The notes under the pieces were generated by a model. The model had not been told where the DNA came from. It ran no database searches and worked only from the letters and a program-made list of their open reading frames with translations. Source: Octopus sinensis (lineage: Eukaryota). Taken from it: a stretch of 64,000 bases of DNA. The translations under genes and the position numbers were made by a program. Positions within the stretch are counted from its first letter, which is position 1. Each line of letters starts with the position of its first letter. The stretch spans positions 168,454,001 through 168,518,000 of the forward strand of contig NC_042998.1 in the NCBI RefSeq assembly GCF_006345805.1, written 5' to 3'. This document shows positions 50,040-64,000 of this stretch, piece after piece.

Positions 50040-51060
50040 ATATATCTGCTGTTTTATCTTCTTACTGATAGTTTTCAGTCTCTATACTGGTCGGAGATGG
50101 AATATTACTATCGCTTTACCTATTTTGGTCTAGACTTCAGCTTCTGCATCATCCTCATATGAAATATAGTTCCCAAGATAGGTAAAGTCATCGCCGCAAT
50201 GATTTCGTCTTGTCCTAGATTGACAAGTTTCGCTTGGGCTCCACCAACTGCCACGGCTATGGTCTTTTCAGTGCTAATCCACAGACCTCTTATCGCCCCG
50301 AAAATGTATAGGCTGTCATGGCCTACAGCGTATCTCTGTCGGCGCTTAGTTATGCCATGTCATCTAGGAAATTCAAATCTGCCAGTTTGCACAGTCCCGA
50401 CGTTATCCCCAAACTGGTACTATCCATCGCTTTCCGCATGATGAAGTCAAACTTTATCAGGAGAGACAGCGACAAGATGCGATCCTGTTTTACTCTGGAC
50501 GCAATTTCGGGTATATTGATAGTTCCGCTGTTCGTCTTCCCGCAGCCCTCCGAATTCTATTCAGAGACTTCATACATCTACTCGGGACTCCATAGACTCT
50601 CAAGATATTCTAGAGTTTATCTCCGTGAATACTATCGAATGCTTTCTTAGAGTCGATGAAATTAATAAGCAACTGTACTCTATGTTCTGTGCTTTGCTCG
50701 ATTATATTCTGCAAAACGAAGTTCAATTCCACTCAGGACCTGTCTCCGAAAATCTGCCTGCTCTCCTCATAGCACAGGGTCTATCTCCTTCTTTGATCTA
50801 TTCAGCAGGACATTGCAGTGAACTTTGCTAGGCACGGATAACAGTTTGATGACACGGCAACTGTTACAGTCCATCAGATTACCTGTTTTGGGTAGTGGGA
50901 CCACCATTTTATGTCTTTAATTTATCTGGCAGAGCTTCCTTTTCCAAACATGTTTGAACAGATATCTCAGACATAGTACAAATGCTTCCCCGCTACGCAT
51001 CAACATGGTATTACAATGCTTCCATACCTCGGAATAAATGTTGCTGCAGAGCGATGAGTG
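50040..51060 (-). mobile_element. RTE-clade LINE reverse-transcriptase relic
   Basis: INFIDSKKAFDSIH, a VRQGC-like region and LADLNFLDDMA on the minus strand. Confidence 0.7.
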
Positions 51061-51509
51061 GATTCTTAGATACGGAGTTTAAGAAATTGTAAAGTATACA
51101 GGACCGTTATTTCAACATTTATACATGTTTCGATGGGTATGGTGATGCAAGCAGGAAAATAGAACTCAAAACGTGAGTGTATATTTATTTTTTATTAACA
51201 GAGTGCCTCAAGGACAGAGAGTTTCGTTCATTAACAAATTAGTTTGAAATCAAGAGGATTACATTCATTTGTTTCCATTAAATATATTTGTAATATCCAT
51301 TAGATATCACAAAACAAAAACAGAGTCGCATCGAATATATTTTCTTAAAAAAAAACCCCCAAAAAACCCAGAAATCTGATCCCCCACAACTATTGTGGTA
51401 TTTATTGTTAAGGGAACATCGTAATTAATAGACGAGCGAAATTATTCGTTGAATCTGAAAATAGCTTCATTCGCCAGCCAATATGCTAACATTTTCCTAC
51501 ATTTCGTAT

Positions 51510-51897
51510 ATCTCTCTCTATATAAACGGCAGTTTGTCTGTGCGTTTTCTGTGTGTCTGTTTTCTCGTACCCTCACCCTGACCACGGCTTTCAACCGATT
51601 CTGATGAAACTTGACACACACATAGCCCAATGTCATAATTCAAAACTAACGCAGCGAAAATTTTGAAAAGTTCCCCCAGTTCTGAAAAAAATCGATAAAT
51701 TCGACATGGGGTCGAGAATAAAAAGAAAACAAACCACAGACTGTCTAGGGAACGCAACTCAACCTTTTTTTACTCTCAAAAAAAATTTACCATCATTTTT
51801 TTCCCATTTTTTTGCTATTTTTTGGCTATAACTCTCTAAAAATGCTTTATAGTTATTTCCCTTACAAACCTGAGCAACGCCGGGCGATACTGCTAGT
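51510..51897 (-). mobile_element. HINE/DINE-1-like element, second subfamily
   Basis: Same ACTAGCAGTATCGCCCGGCGTTGCTC 5' end as 12238 with a different interior; ends TTTATATAGAGAGAGAT. Confidence 0.7.
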
Positions 51898-52844
51898 CTA
51901 AACAATAAAACATTCACAGATACTTGAGTTAAAGTAATATCAGGTCATCGTGATATTATCTTTGACTAGTTTCAGTTATTGGACTGTAGCACTGCCTTAA
52001 AGAGTTCAGTCAAACAAATTGACCCCAGCACTAATTTTTTAAGCCTGGTATTTATTCTATCGGCCATCTTTGCCGAACCGCTACATTGCGGGGGACATAA
52101 ACAAACCAATGCCGATTGTCAAGCGGTGGTGGTTGACAAATACAAACACGAAAACAAACAGACACACACAAATACACGCACATACATACACGTATATACA
52201 GGCAATAGGTGAAAGCTTGATATGCTCAGTTTAAAAAACAAGTAGTAATGCTCAAATGAATCTGAACGTAAACTCCGAATTCTGCATCTACGACTGAGTC
52301 TCCGGAGTCAAAAGTGATTTGTGAGTTTCCCTTGACGAATAGTAGCGCTTGCTTTCCCCACAGCCAGCTTAACTTTACCTTCTCCCATCGTCTCTCACTT
52401 TCATCAACTCTACCTCAATTCATTCCCACAATGTCATGGAAATCTTCCTCCTTCTCCCCGCCTTTCATTTCTTCTTCTCAATCACTGTCCCTCCTTCCTA
52501 TGTCGCATATATTCTCTTTCTCCTCCTTGCCTTTTGTTATTATTCTTCCTCTTCTCTTCCTACAACCTCTAAATCATTGGCACTACTATATAAAGTGCAT
52601 TTTGCCAACTTTTTCTTGATGAAAAGAGCCGGACTTATTGTAATGTTTCCGTGTAATTGTTTACTGGTTGCATACGCAAGACGTTTTGTATACTCCATCT
52701 GCAAATTATAAACATTAAGATTATAATGTAACTCTGAGTTTCTTGAAACAGCTGTCGAGTTAATAAAATTAGATATTCTAATATTCTAAATACATTTTGC
52801 ACACACATACATATATTTGTATGCATGTATTACTTTATCTTTCT

Positions 52845-53345
<501 letters not shown>

Positions 53346-53414
53346 AAAGAATATATAGATATATGTGCCTATGCATACACACACATATAATCTAATGTAC
53401 ACAGTAAAAAAATA

Positions 53415-53564
53415 CGAGCTACTAAGTTTCTTGATTTGGAGACACGTATCTATGCAGGCTTTTATAGCACGCCTTGTGTCTCCAGGCAATCTACAGGAAA
53501 CACAAGGGTGATGTAAAAAGCCTGCCAAGACACGTCTCCAAAACAAGAAACTATTAGCAGCTCG
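53415..53564. mobile_element. 150-bp TA-flanked fold-back MITE (Tc1/mariner type)
   Basis: TA|CGAGCT...AGCTCG|TA; pairs along almost its whole length. Confidence 0.75.
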
Positions 53565-53640
53565 TAGCTTTATACTTTCAATGTTAATTGATATTTATCT
53601 CTCATTGGATGGAGTAATTATATATATATATATATATATA

Positions 53641-53831
53641 ACATTATTGGTGAATTGAAGAAATGGAGCTGAACGCAGATTGAACAGAAATCGTTTGAGA
53701 AAGACACAATATGGTCCCATTATTCAATCGGATTTTGGTAATTTGTGCCTTTCGAAACACGTGTAGAATGAAATAAAACGATTTCTGTTCAATCTGCGTT
53801 CAGCTCCATTTCTTCAATTCACCAATAATGT
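53641..53831. repeat. Perfect 56-bp inverted repeat next to (AT)n
   Basis: 53641-53696 is the exact reverse complement of 53776-53831. Confidence 0.93.
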
Positions 53832-53980
53832 TTTAATTTCAATTATCCGCACCAACGCACGGTTGCAACGCCAGATGGTTGTACCTCCAACCGTGCTGTT
53901 TACTGCTGTGATTTTTGCTACTAAGGTATCGGTTAACTTTTGATTAATCTACAACAAGATTATTCATCTTTCTATTTCAC

Positions 53981-54032
<52 letters not shown>

Positions 54033-54039
54033 ACATATA

Positions 54040-54762
54040 TATATGGGACCATGCTGATGATGCTGCACTTTTCCTTGCGGAAAATAACAGCTGAAACTAA
54101 ATTTAGTACATGGGTAAATATTTATTTCGTATATTTTTCACTTGTTTATTGCTTTGGTTTTGTTGAGTTTGATCTGAGAACATAAACTTTTTGTGGAGAA
54201 TGGCGATTTGACTAGCATGTTGACTGTCCACTTTTCGTGTGCAGTCCTTAATTGGTATATAAATATTTTAATCTTCGGATTCTTTCTTTAATATGCTAGA
54301 CCACTGGTTCTAATTGATAAATATCAATTTTTACCCTAAATTTAATTTTATAAATATTTGTTCTCTAACCGATAAATTAACTGCTGCTAACTATTAGCTG
54401 CAGGCTAGTTTTCTCGGGTCTCATCGCGCCAAAAGTAAAGGCATTTGAAATATATATTTCAAATGTAATAGGCCGGACTCCATGCACGCGATATTTTGGT
54501 GTCGTGTTGGCATTTAGTCCAGCAAATTACATTTTATATGGGACCATGCTGATGATGCTGCACTTTTTCATGCGGAAAATAACAGGTGAAACTAAATTTA
54601 GTACATGAGTAAATATTTATTTCGTATATTTTTCACTTGTTTATTGCTTTGGTTTTGTTGAGTTTGATCTGAGAACATAAACTTTTTGTGGAGAATGGCG
54701 ATTTGACGTCTATATCTAGCATGTTGACTGTCCACTTTTCGTGTGCAGTCCTTAATTGGTAT
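54040..54762 (+). repeat. ~220-bp direct duplication (54040-54260 and 54536-54762)
   Basis: ATATGGGACCATGCTGATGATGCTGCAC...GCAGTCCTTAATTGGTATATA twice, with several substitutions and a ~10-bp indel. Confidence 0.9.
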
Positions 54763-54781
54763 ATATATATATATTATATAT

Positions 54782-54820
<39 letters not shown>

Positions 54821-55259
54821 TTGTAAAAAATGAAGTTCGAAAATGCTGCTGTATTATACAAGAGCGAGGAATTCATTTTTACCTTAAGCAATTGTGATGA
54901 CCCATATATGTATGTATGTATGTATGTATGCATGTGTGTATGTATGTATGTATGTAAGTATGTATGTATGTATGTATGTATGCATACATGCATGTATGTA
55001 TGTATGTATGTATGTATTGTCCTTGCCTTCGAAACATGAAGTAGTTGAAACTGAAGAAGGGGATTATTCTTTATGTTGTATGTCTCGTTTCTCTTTTTTT
55101 TTTACGTTGTCCGAAAAAAGAGTTCGTTTCTATGTTTTTGTTTTATGTTTTCGTTTCTCATTGTGTTCGTCTTTTTTATGTCCTGTACCCATATATACGT
55201 GTATATATGCATATATATGTAGCTATGTACATATATGTATGTATATATGCATGTATTTA

Positions 55260-56551
55260 CGAGGGGCATTCAATAAGTAATGCCCCTGACCCACTTCCCA
55301 TAGCAGTAGAGCAACGACACTTGGCACAGTTATTAGTCTTCTTTTACATAGGAACCACCCAGAGTTACGAATTTCTCCCATCGTTTGATGCAGCTCTAGA
55401 GACCGTTTTTGTAGAAGACCCCAGCTTGGTCCTCCAACAACGACCTGACTTCAGAAATCAAGGCTGCATCATCTGGGAAACGCTTTCCTTTCAAAAACAA
55501 CTTCATGGGTGGGAAGAGGTGAAAATCCGAGGGTGCAAGGTCAGGAGAGAAAGGGGTTGGGGGAGGAGTTCATAGCCGCACGCCTGTGCTTCTGATCTGG
55601 CGACCATCGAGTTGTGGACCGGAGCGTTGTCCTGCAGGAGGAGGATGCCTTTGCTGATCTTGCCCCGCCTCTTGATTTTGATAGCTTCTCTTAATTTCCT
55701 CAAAAGTGAAGCATAATAGGCTCCTGTAATTGTGGTTCCCTTTGCCAGGAAATCTGTCATCACTACTCCGTCCTGATCCCAGAAGACTGTGAGCATGACC
55801 TTGCCAGCGGAGGGCTGCACCCTTGCCTTCTTTGGAGGAGGTGAGTCACGGTGTTTCCACTGCATTGACTGGGCTTTGGTCTCTGGATCATGGTGATGGA
55901 CCCAGGTTTCATCCTGTGTAATCAGTCTTTTAAAAAATTTTGACTCATCTTCATGGCACATCTCCAAATTCATCCTCGAGCACTCGACGTGTTCTTGCTT
56001 CTGGAAAGGTGTAAGCAACATGGGAATCCATCTGGCAGACACCTTTTGCATATGCAAATGGTCATGAATGATAGTTTCCACAGACCCGGTACTAATCTTG
56101 ACCTCATGGGCTATTTGGCGAATAGTTATGCGTCGATCTTCCAAAATGGCAGCCTCAACTTGACGGACAGATGCCTCATCAATGGCAGAAGGAGGGTGAC
56201 CAGATCTGGGGGCTGTTTCCACAGAGTTCCAACTATGTTTGAATTCACGATGCCAGCGTTTTACAAGGTCATATGATGGGGCATCATTACCATAAGTTAC
56301 TTTCATTTCATCAAAAGTCTCCCGTGGTGTGCGTCCTTTCAAATACAAAACCCGGATCATTACTCGACACTCAACAGGCTCCATTTCACACTTGACTCAG
56401 TTCAAACACCTGTAAATCAGAAACCACAATTAGTTTAGAGCTGTAATTTGCCACGTAATCTATAGAGATATAAATAATTGCACATGCAAAATTTCAGCAA
56501 GATCAAACAACTACAAATGGGTCAGGGGCATTACTTACTGAACGTCCCTCA
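55260..56551 (-). mobile_element. Full-length mariner transposon (irritans-like), 1292 bp
   Basis: ~36-bp TIRs (CGAGGGGCATTCAATAAGTAATGCCCCTGACCCA / TGAGGGACGTTCAGTAAGTAATGCCCCTGACCCA), TA flanks. Confidence 0.95.
55330..56384 (-). pseudogene. Mariner D,D34D transposase: ~275 aa in frame, then a frameshift and one stop
   Basis: HTH N-terminus, WIPMLL, TQDETWVHH, QDNAPVH. SPDLAPSDFHLF continues in another frame, with an in-frame TAG later. Confidence 0.93.
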
Positions 56552-56629
56552 TATACATTATTTATATTATTATATGATCGAACGCGACGCATCCTTTTCC
56601 AAGTAAGTTTTATCTATCTATCTACTATA

Positions 56630-56675
<46 letters not shown>

Positions 56676-56909
56676 CGAGCTTCTTTTAATTTCTGTTTAC
56701 CAAATCTACTCGCAAGGCTCTGGTCAGTCCTGTGCTATTGACCACAAGGTTAGGAACAAGCCTCTCAACCGCACAGCCACGCATTGGACAGAATATATTT
56801 GTTAAAGAAGCAATAAAGCGATGATAAATCAACGTGAGACTGCCTGACATTTCTGGTTGTTGAGATGTAAGGCTTGATACAATTTTGTATTAGGGTTCAA
56901 TAGAAGAGT

Positions 56910-56923
56910 ATTGCCATGGCAAC
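56910..56923. promoter_or_regulatory. RFX X-box-like palindrome ATTGCCATGGCAAC
   Basis: 13/14 match to GTTGCCATGGCAAC in non-repeat sequence; no linked gene identified. Confidence 0.25.
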
Positions 56924-58048
56924 TGTCACCAGAAACACTAGCTCCTGTTTTTAACCGAGTTTCCGAGTTTACAGCATACGTACAGAACATGCTTCCTGTA
57001 TGCTGTTGAATGCTTACACTCACACACGCACACACGTACAACATACACGCGCACACAATCACACACATACACACGTACATGCGTAAAAATCACACAAACA
57101 CTCATGCAAAAATCATGCAACAACATACACACTCATACACACATATGCACACGTACACAAATGCAGCCATATCATAACCATATATCTATTCACTCACGCA
57201 CCTTTACACACATACACTCAACTGTAAATATACAGCGAGAAGGCAGCTGCTCTCAGAAACGACAAAACACACGCAATTACTTTATGTGCACGCACACATC
57301 CACATCTACGAAGTCTTTAAGTTTTTATTTCTCCGTGTCCAATTCTTTCATCTGTCGATTCTTTGTTTATATCTCTATCTCTTTCACCTCTGCTTGTCTG
57401 CGTCTCTTTCTCTCTCTCTCTGTCACAAAGCTCTTATAGCACTAATAACCAGCTACAACTATTCAGATATCATTTTGAATTAAAAGAGAAAGGTGCAGCG
57501 GTAATAAAATTTAATTAGGAAAACTCAAAATATATATTAAAAAAAAAAATACAAGTCTCATATATATGTCTTATACCATTCACTAATTACAAAGAAAATG
57601 CGCCGCGCAGACTAGGTTATAAAACACAGATTTTTATATAACGCTTATAATATAGACCCCATCCCCAGTAAAAGTACGCATGGTGTGTGTGTATGAGCGT
57701 GCGCTGATACACACACACATAAATAGGTATGTATATATGTTTGTTTGTGAGTGTGTGTGTGTCTGTGTTATAATATATACACACAAACACACACATTTAT
57801 GTATGTGTGTATGTATATATATACATACATACATACATGCATGCATACATGCATGCATACATACATACATACAAACATACATACATACATACATACATAA
57901 GTATAACTAAATGTATTCAGAAGTAAATACATACGTACAAGTATATTGGGTGTGTGGTAAGTAGCTTGCTAACCAACCACATGGTTCCAGGTTTACTCCC
58001 ACTCCGCGGCACCTTGGCCAAGTGTATTCTACTATACCTTCGGGCCGA

Positions 58049-58096
<48 letters not shown>

Positions 58097-58107
58097 GTAT
58101 ATATGTA

Positions 58108-58498
58108 TATATATAAAAGTGAGGTTGTGTGGTGTCTATCTCCTACGATTTAGATTCCTAACTACTCCCACATTTTGCGGTGCAGTTTAACCAAAAGCGG
58201 GTATCTTATAGTCGTGATTCATATCGAGCCCTTCTGGGTATTAGCGCGCGTCTACGATGAGTCTACGATTTAAAAACAAATTACCATCATTTTTTCCCAT
58301 TTTTAATGCATTTTTGGCATATATAAGGGCAGTAACTCTCTAAAAATGTATTATTAAATCTCAGAACGTAAAAAGCTACAGTAACACCCCCCTTTGTGGT
58401 TAGCCATATTGAGATGGCTATTATACTTTATATCTCTAAAAATGCTTATATAGTTATTTCCCTTACAAACCCGAGCAACGCCGGGCGATACTGCTAGT
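58108..58498 (-). mobile_element. HINE/DINE-1-like element (sister of 12238-12634) in (AT)n
   Basis: Co-linear reverse-complement homology over ~390 bp. Confidence 0.75.
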
Positions 58499-58779
58499 AT
58501 ATATATATAAAAATAAGCAACAAGGATATCCAGAGGTAATGCAGAACAATCGTTTCATGCAACTCCATTTAATTGAACAATGCAATCATTACATCAATTT
58601 AAATACAGTGCAATCTTCAGATGCACAAACACGTAGAGTTTAGTTAAATTAGAACAGATGGACACATTAGTATAATTATACCTAAAATCTCCAAGAAGTT
58701 AAGCAGATAGACTAAGAACACACTGTTCCTACTCCAGCATAGAAGTTACTCAGCTTTTCAAGAAGATATACATTGTTAC

Positions 58780-59600
58780 GGACTCTGCCTGTCACTGATT
58801 TTTTTTTGTTTATGTGGGGTCAGTTTTAATTTATAGACTAGTTTATCAAAACCTTTGTATATCTAAAGCTGAGAGAATAGAGGGAAGTATTTGTTAGGGG
58901 TCAGCTGAGGGAGCAGACAGACATCATAGATGGTATAGTCATAAAAATCAAGATTTACTAGAAGAAATATCTTGTGGTTTGATAAAGGAAAACTTAAACA
59001 AGATGTTAGCTGACAATTAAATGGGTTTCCCACTAGCAAACCATTGATAATGAAACAGGGGAAGACTTATCATGTAGTACTATAATTTAATATTTTATAC
59101 AATGTTGTTATATTGTATACAGTTAAAGTTTAAGGTTATTCAGAAGATTATTAAGAAGAATATTATAACAAAAGGATAGAAATCTATGAATACTTTTGAG
59201 TATATAGCAAACTTTTACCACAATAGAGGGAGCAAAAGAAATTATCCAGAAATAGTTTAATATTTATACATATTGTATACCTAAATACTAACTCATCAGA
59301 TGGAATCTGTGAATATTGATTAATTGGTATATACTGGTATTAATAATGGAGCATTGAGGTAAAGGAACATGATAATTATATATCAATAAAATTATAATCA
59401 AAGCAGTTTTTTTATAAGTAGTGAACATACCAGTATAGTTTTATATAAGGTAAGTTATGAATTTAAAGAGATACCAAAATTAGATTAATTTTATAAATAA
59501 AGGTTAATTATAAAATAATAAAGAAATAAAATATAATAATCAAGTAGAACAGAACACCATAGAAAAGGAACTAAAATAGCTTGATTACTAATACGATGGT
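58780..59600 (-). mobile_element. Very decayed CR1/Jockey-like LINE relic
   Basis: An ALDI..(A)FDK-like motif near 58840-58870 on minus; the rest is unreadable. Confidence 0.3.
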
Positions 59601-60127
59601 AAAGTATATGTAGCTCATTAGCACCAATAGAGAAGATTTCTAAAAGCTACATATACTTTACCATAGAGTTAGTAATTAAGCTATTTTATTTCCTTTAAGC
59701 AGAAATGTGGAATTCCACATTTCTGTTCATTATTTACTAAAGTAAAATTATTCCAACAACTTCTAGTTATATAATTTAGTTTGTCATGTCTTTATATAGG
59801 ATGTAAATAGCAAAATAAGTTCATATAATCTAGACCTGAATATTGGCAATATAATCGTTTTAATATGGCATTGTATTTAGAGACCTTCTATTTCAGCAAT
59901 ATCGAGGAATATATTGTCATGAAACGCGCGTAGTCTATATAATGTAAAGTATATGATTTGGAATAAATATTGAAGGTATTAATTTTGATAATTTGGAATA
60001 AGAATTGTAGGTATTTATTTTGATAATTTTAATATTTAGTCCTATTTGTACCTATTAAGGATAATGTCGTTCAATGATGATTGAGCTGTTTGAGGGTGAT
60101 TCTCTCTCTTAAACCTATACACACACA

Positions 60128-60185
<58 letters not shown>

Positions 60186-60355
60186 CATAACAGAAAAATG
60201 TTACAAAAAAGAAAATAGAAAATAGAAAGAAAAAAGAAAAAAATATATATAAGAGGTGAAACAATTCACAGAATGTTTATTGGACTTGTACCAAACCTGG
60301 ATTAGGAATTAAAGATCATCTACACCTACAATTTTTCCTTTCCTTATATTTCAGT

Positions 60356-60399
<44 letters not shown>

Positions 60400-60530
60400 G
60401 GGGATTTTATGCCCCATGGTCATAACTTCAACCGTGCTCTTTCTGTTGTGATTTTTGCTACCCAGGTATCGGTTATCATTTGAATTATCCGTAATAAGAT
60501 AATTCATTTATCTACTTCAATAATATATAT

Positions 60531-60575
<45 letters not shown>

Positions 60576-61117
60576 TGTGTGTGTGTGTGTGTGTGTGCGT
60601 GTGTGTGTGTATTGGCAGGGCAAGACTGCTAGGTAGTCGGCCGTATGCTAGAAATAGATCATCAACGATCAAACTACAAAGAAAGTTCTCTAGAGGAACA
60701 GTACAGCGAACACCAGAACCAAATTTGGCGGGCAGGACAGATGAAAATTTATATAAAAAAAACAGAATTAATTGCATACCTCGGTTTCGGCCTTTAACAA
60801 AAGAATTACTTACATAATTCAAATGTCCGTGGCTTCATCAGTACAATCGTTCAGTGTAAATGCAATCTAAAAAAAACTAACCCCAGCTTTCTGTGCCAAG
60901 ACAGACACGTGCTTAGTTTTACCGATTACATTAGGGATAAAATTTCAAATGTCTTAGTTCCGGCGCGCTAAGAAATTCCTGAAGCGAAGAACTGCAGTAA
61001 ATAATTCACTGCGATTAGTGCTTGCTACTAGAGAACGTATTTATTTCAATATTTAAATAATGAGGGAGATAAATTAATATTAATTATAATATCAGTGTGT
61101 GTGTGTGTGTGTGTGTG

Positions 61118-61148
<31 letters not shown>

Positions 61149-61302
61149 CGTGCGCGCGTGTGTGTCTGTATATGTATGTATGTATGTATATATACCGATA
61201 AATCGATAAATAGATAGATAGATATAAAGATAAACGAATTTTGAGAGAGCATATGCTTTTGTCAATTCTTTCTCCTGATGAAGAGTGCCGGTCTGATGAT
61301 AA

Positions 61303-62987
61303 CGCTGGGGGACAGTGTCTTTGTTGTCTGGTGTTGAAGACATATTCCCTACTATTTGTGGGGTGCTGATTTCAAAAATGAAATCGTTTTGCTCTATCAC
61401 ATCAAGATTTTTTTACAAACTCAAATGTCCAGTTTTCAACTTTCTTGGTATTGTCACATTTCTAAGGATTGATTTGACTTCATCAAATGCGAAACCATTG
61501 ATATAATTTTGAAAACAGTTTTTCAATGTCATTTAAAGTAAATGCAACCCCAAAAGGGAAAATAAAAGTTATGATTTAAGTATTTTCAATGAATAAAAAG
61601 TATCAAGCTAGAGTAACTTTCGCTATTTACAACCGAAGCCGTTTCAAATGTCATGATGATGACAGAAATATCGTTTATACAATTAGATGTTAAGAAATAA
61701 TTTATATGTTTGTGGTCCTTGACATCATACACGTCTCGTATTTGTGGAATTTGTCTGCAGATATGCCCATGCTAGACTTGATTTAGTGTGACTATCATTG
61801 CCAGCTAGATGAGACATATTTTGTTGAACTTTTAACTGTTTCTTAGAAAACTGGTATTTTGAATACATCGTTAATGTTTTAATTTTGAGGTCACATGTGT
61901 CAGGGTCACTTTTCGTCGAGCATGGTCAAAGAACTGTAAAAAGAACTTTATGATATGTATGCTCTTTATGGAACTTTGCCATGGCAATTCTGAAAATGCT
62001 TTTCCTAGTTGAATGTTGGCTTGAATGTTTTGTATTTCAGAAATACAGCCAGTTGTGAGAGAAGAAAATGTAAAAACAGCCCCAATGTCTTCTGCTATAT
62101 TTGTGGATGTTACACCTTACCTAGGCAGCGAAACAAAATCACAGATTTGGTAAAGAAAGATTACCATATTTTAGCATGAAACTGGATGATGAAACAATGC
62201 CTGGGCTCTCCGTATAGTGTGCAAAACTTGTGTTGAAACACTGAGACAGTGACTGCTTCAAATACTAATGCAGAAAGTTTCCAGAATTGTCTTGTGGGAA
62301 AATTAAGGTTGGTGTCTTTGAAAAGCCACATGGCTATTGCATGACGAGGTATTTTTGGTGACCATGTGTGGTATTCAAATAGAAGCATGGAATGCTTTTG
62401 CTGCAGTTGTATCTGATTTTCTGGGTAACAGGAAACCACCCAATTATGAAAAGCTTGTGCAGACCATATTAACCAGTATTCGAGCACTGGGCCGCAATAT
62501 GTGTGTAAATGTGCAGTTCCTGCACAGTCATCTGGACTACTTCATTGAAAACTACTTCCTGGATGAGCAAGAAAGACACCACCAAGATATCGAGAACATG
62601 GAGACAAGGTGTCAAGGCAGGTGGAACACCAATATGATGCTGTCTACTGCAAACACTGCATAGGGACAGTCATAATGTAATTTATTCACGTAAAGCAGCA
62701 AGGCGAAAGTTCATTCCTTGAGTAGTTCAAACTCTATCACAAGATGTGTAATTAAACATTTTGCGTAATATATTTGTTAAATAATAAAATGTACTACTTA
62801 TTCTAGTATTGCATTTAATGGCAAAATTGACATTTTTTAATAAAAAAAAATGAATTACTGTTTAACAAAAAACTTGACATGATAGAAAATTTCTGAGGGC
62901 ATTTCAGAACCCAGCACCGTCAAATTAGGTAGGATTAATTAAAAAAAGCAAGACAACTAAAATGTTTTTCAAAAAGGTTCCCCAGTG
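61303..62987 (+). mobile_element. Chapaev3-like DNA transposon, internally deleted and decayed
   Basis: WNAFAAVVSDFLGNRKPPNYEKLV...FLHSHLDYF...RHHQDIENMETRCQGRW. Termini CGCTGGGGGAC / GTTCCCCAGTG, each flanked by TAA; subterminal GGGTGCTGA/CAGCACC motifs. Confidence 0.75.
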
Positions 62988-63119
62988 TAAATCTTTCTTG
63001 ACTTTTATTCACATTTTGCCTACTAATCATGAACATTACGATTATTACGTAATTTACGCAATTCCGACATTCCAGAAACAGTTGTCGAGATAATAAATTA
63101 TGCATTCACTCCTTAGTAT

Positions 63120-63147
63120 TCTGTACATACACACACACATATACATA

Positions 63148-63185
<38 letters not shown>

Positions 63186-64000
63186 CACACATACATACAC
63201 ACATACATATATACACACACGCATACACACATACATACATGCACACACACATACATACACACACATATACGCACATACACATATACATACACACATGCAT
63301 ACACACACATACATACGCACATGCATGCATACATACATACATACACACACACATACCCACATACACGCATGCATAATACATACATACATACACGCATGCA
63401 CACATACATACATACACACACACATACATACATACACATACACACACTTACACACATACACACATACATACATACATACACACATACACACACACATACA
63501 TACATACACACATACACACACACATACATACATACACACATACATACACGCACGCACACATACACACATACTTACATACACTCATACGGACATACATACA
63601 CAGACATACACACATACACACTCACACATACATACATACATACATACATACACACACATACCTACATACACACTCGCATGCACACGCTCACACATGCATG
63701 CGCGCGCGCACGCACACATACATACATGCATGCACGCATGCCTGTGGGATTTTGATTTTATTTCGGGCGTACGTCAGAGCGTGTGCGTGTGTACCTGTGG
63801 ATTCGCATGCGCCCGCACCGCAAGAATCTTTTCCATCAATCTTTCAGTGTCCTTTCATGCATATATATACACACATATAAACATATAAACACACATATAA
63901 ACCCCTACAATTGTACACACACGCACATACATACAAACATTCACTCCCACGCACGTACACACACACATTTACATATATATACAATACACGCACACACACA
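63120..64000. repeat. Compound (AT)/(CA)/(TACA)n microsatellite field
   Basis: Direct reading; explains the H/T/Y/I and M/C/V ORFs. Confidence 0.97.

Noticed and set aside
55045-55575. 176-aa plus-strand ORF
   Set aside because: Antisense to the mariner 3' end plus adjacent repeats.
60813-60865. 53-nt minus-strand exon with strong splice signals
   Set aside because: Stops in all three frames; could only be a non-coding or terminal exon, and nothing else supports it.
61274-61300. Two CTGATGA motifs before the Chapaev terminus
   Set aside because: No GAAA or stem II partner, even after removing the transposon in silico.

Overview
This is repeat-saturated eukaryotic DNA, most likely from an Octopus/coleoid cephalopod genome. 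That assignment is an inference from the SINE families, the Dong/R4-like LINE remnants and the extreme microsatellite load. No intact host protein-coding gene can be supported, and most ORF-track entries are microsatellite translations or antisense readings of transposon relics. Recognisable contents: a complete but decayed Ty3/Gypsy (Mag-like) LTR element (16016-20417, minus); two full-length decayed mariners plus a palindromic two-5'-end mariner derivative; a Chapaev3-like DNA transposon; a Helitron Rep fragment and Helentron/HINE-like elements; Tx1/L1-, RTE- and R4/Dong-clade LINE relics; several tRNA-SINE families; and MITEs. The most interesting signals are: (i) a tRNA-headed SINE with a Penelope-type minimal hammerhead in its tail and an inverted second head; (ii) a non-autonomous RTE-like element starting exactly at an HDV-like ribozyme fold and sitting in (TATG)n; (iii) a ~555-bp element found only in (TAA)n/(TGA)n tracts, alongside Dong/R4 relics; and (iv) recurrent near-perfect local inverted duplications, which may be template-switch events or assembly artefacts. 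All alignments and folds were done by eye, and boundaries of decayed elements are approximate.
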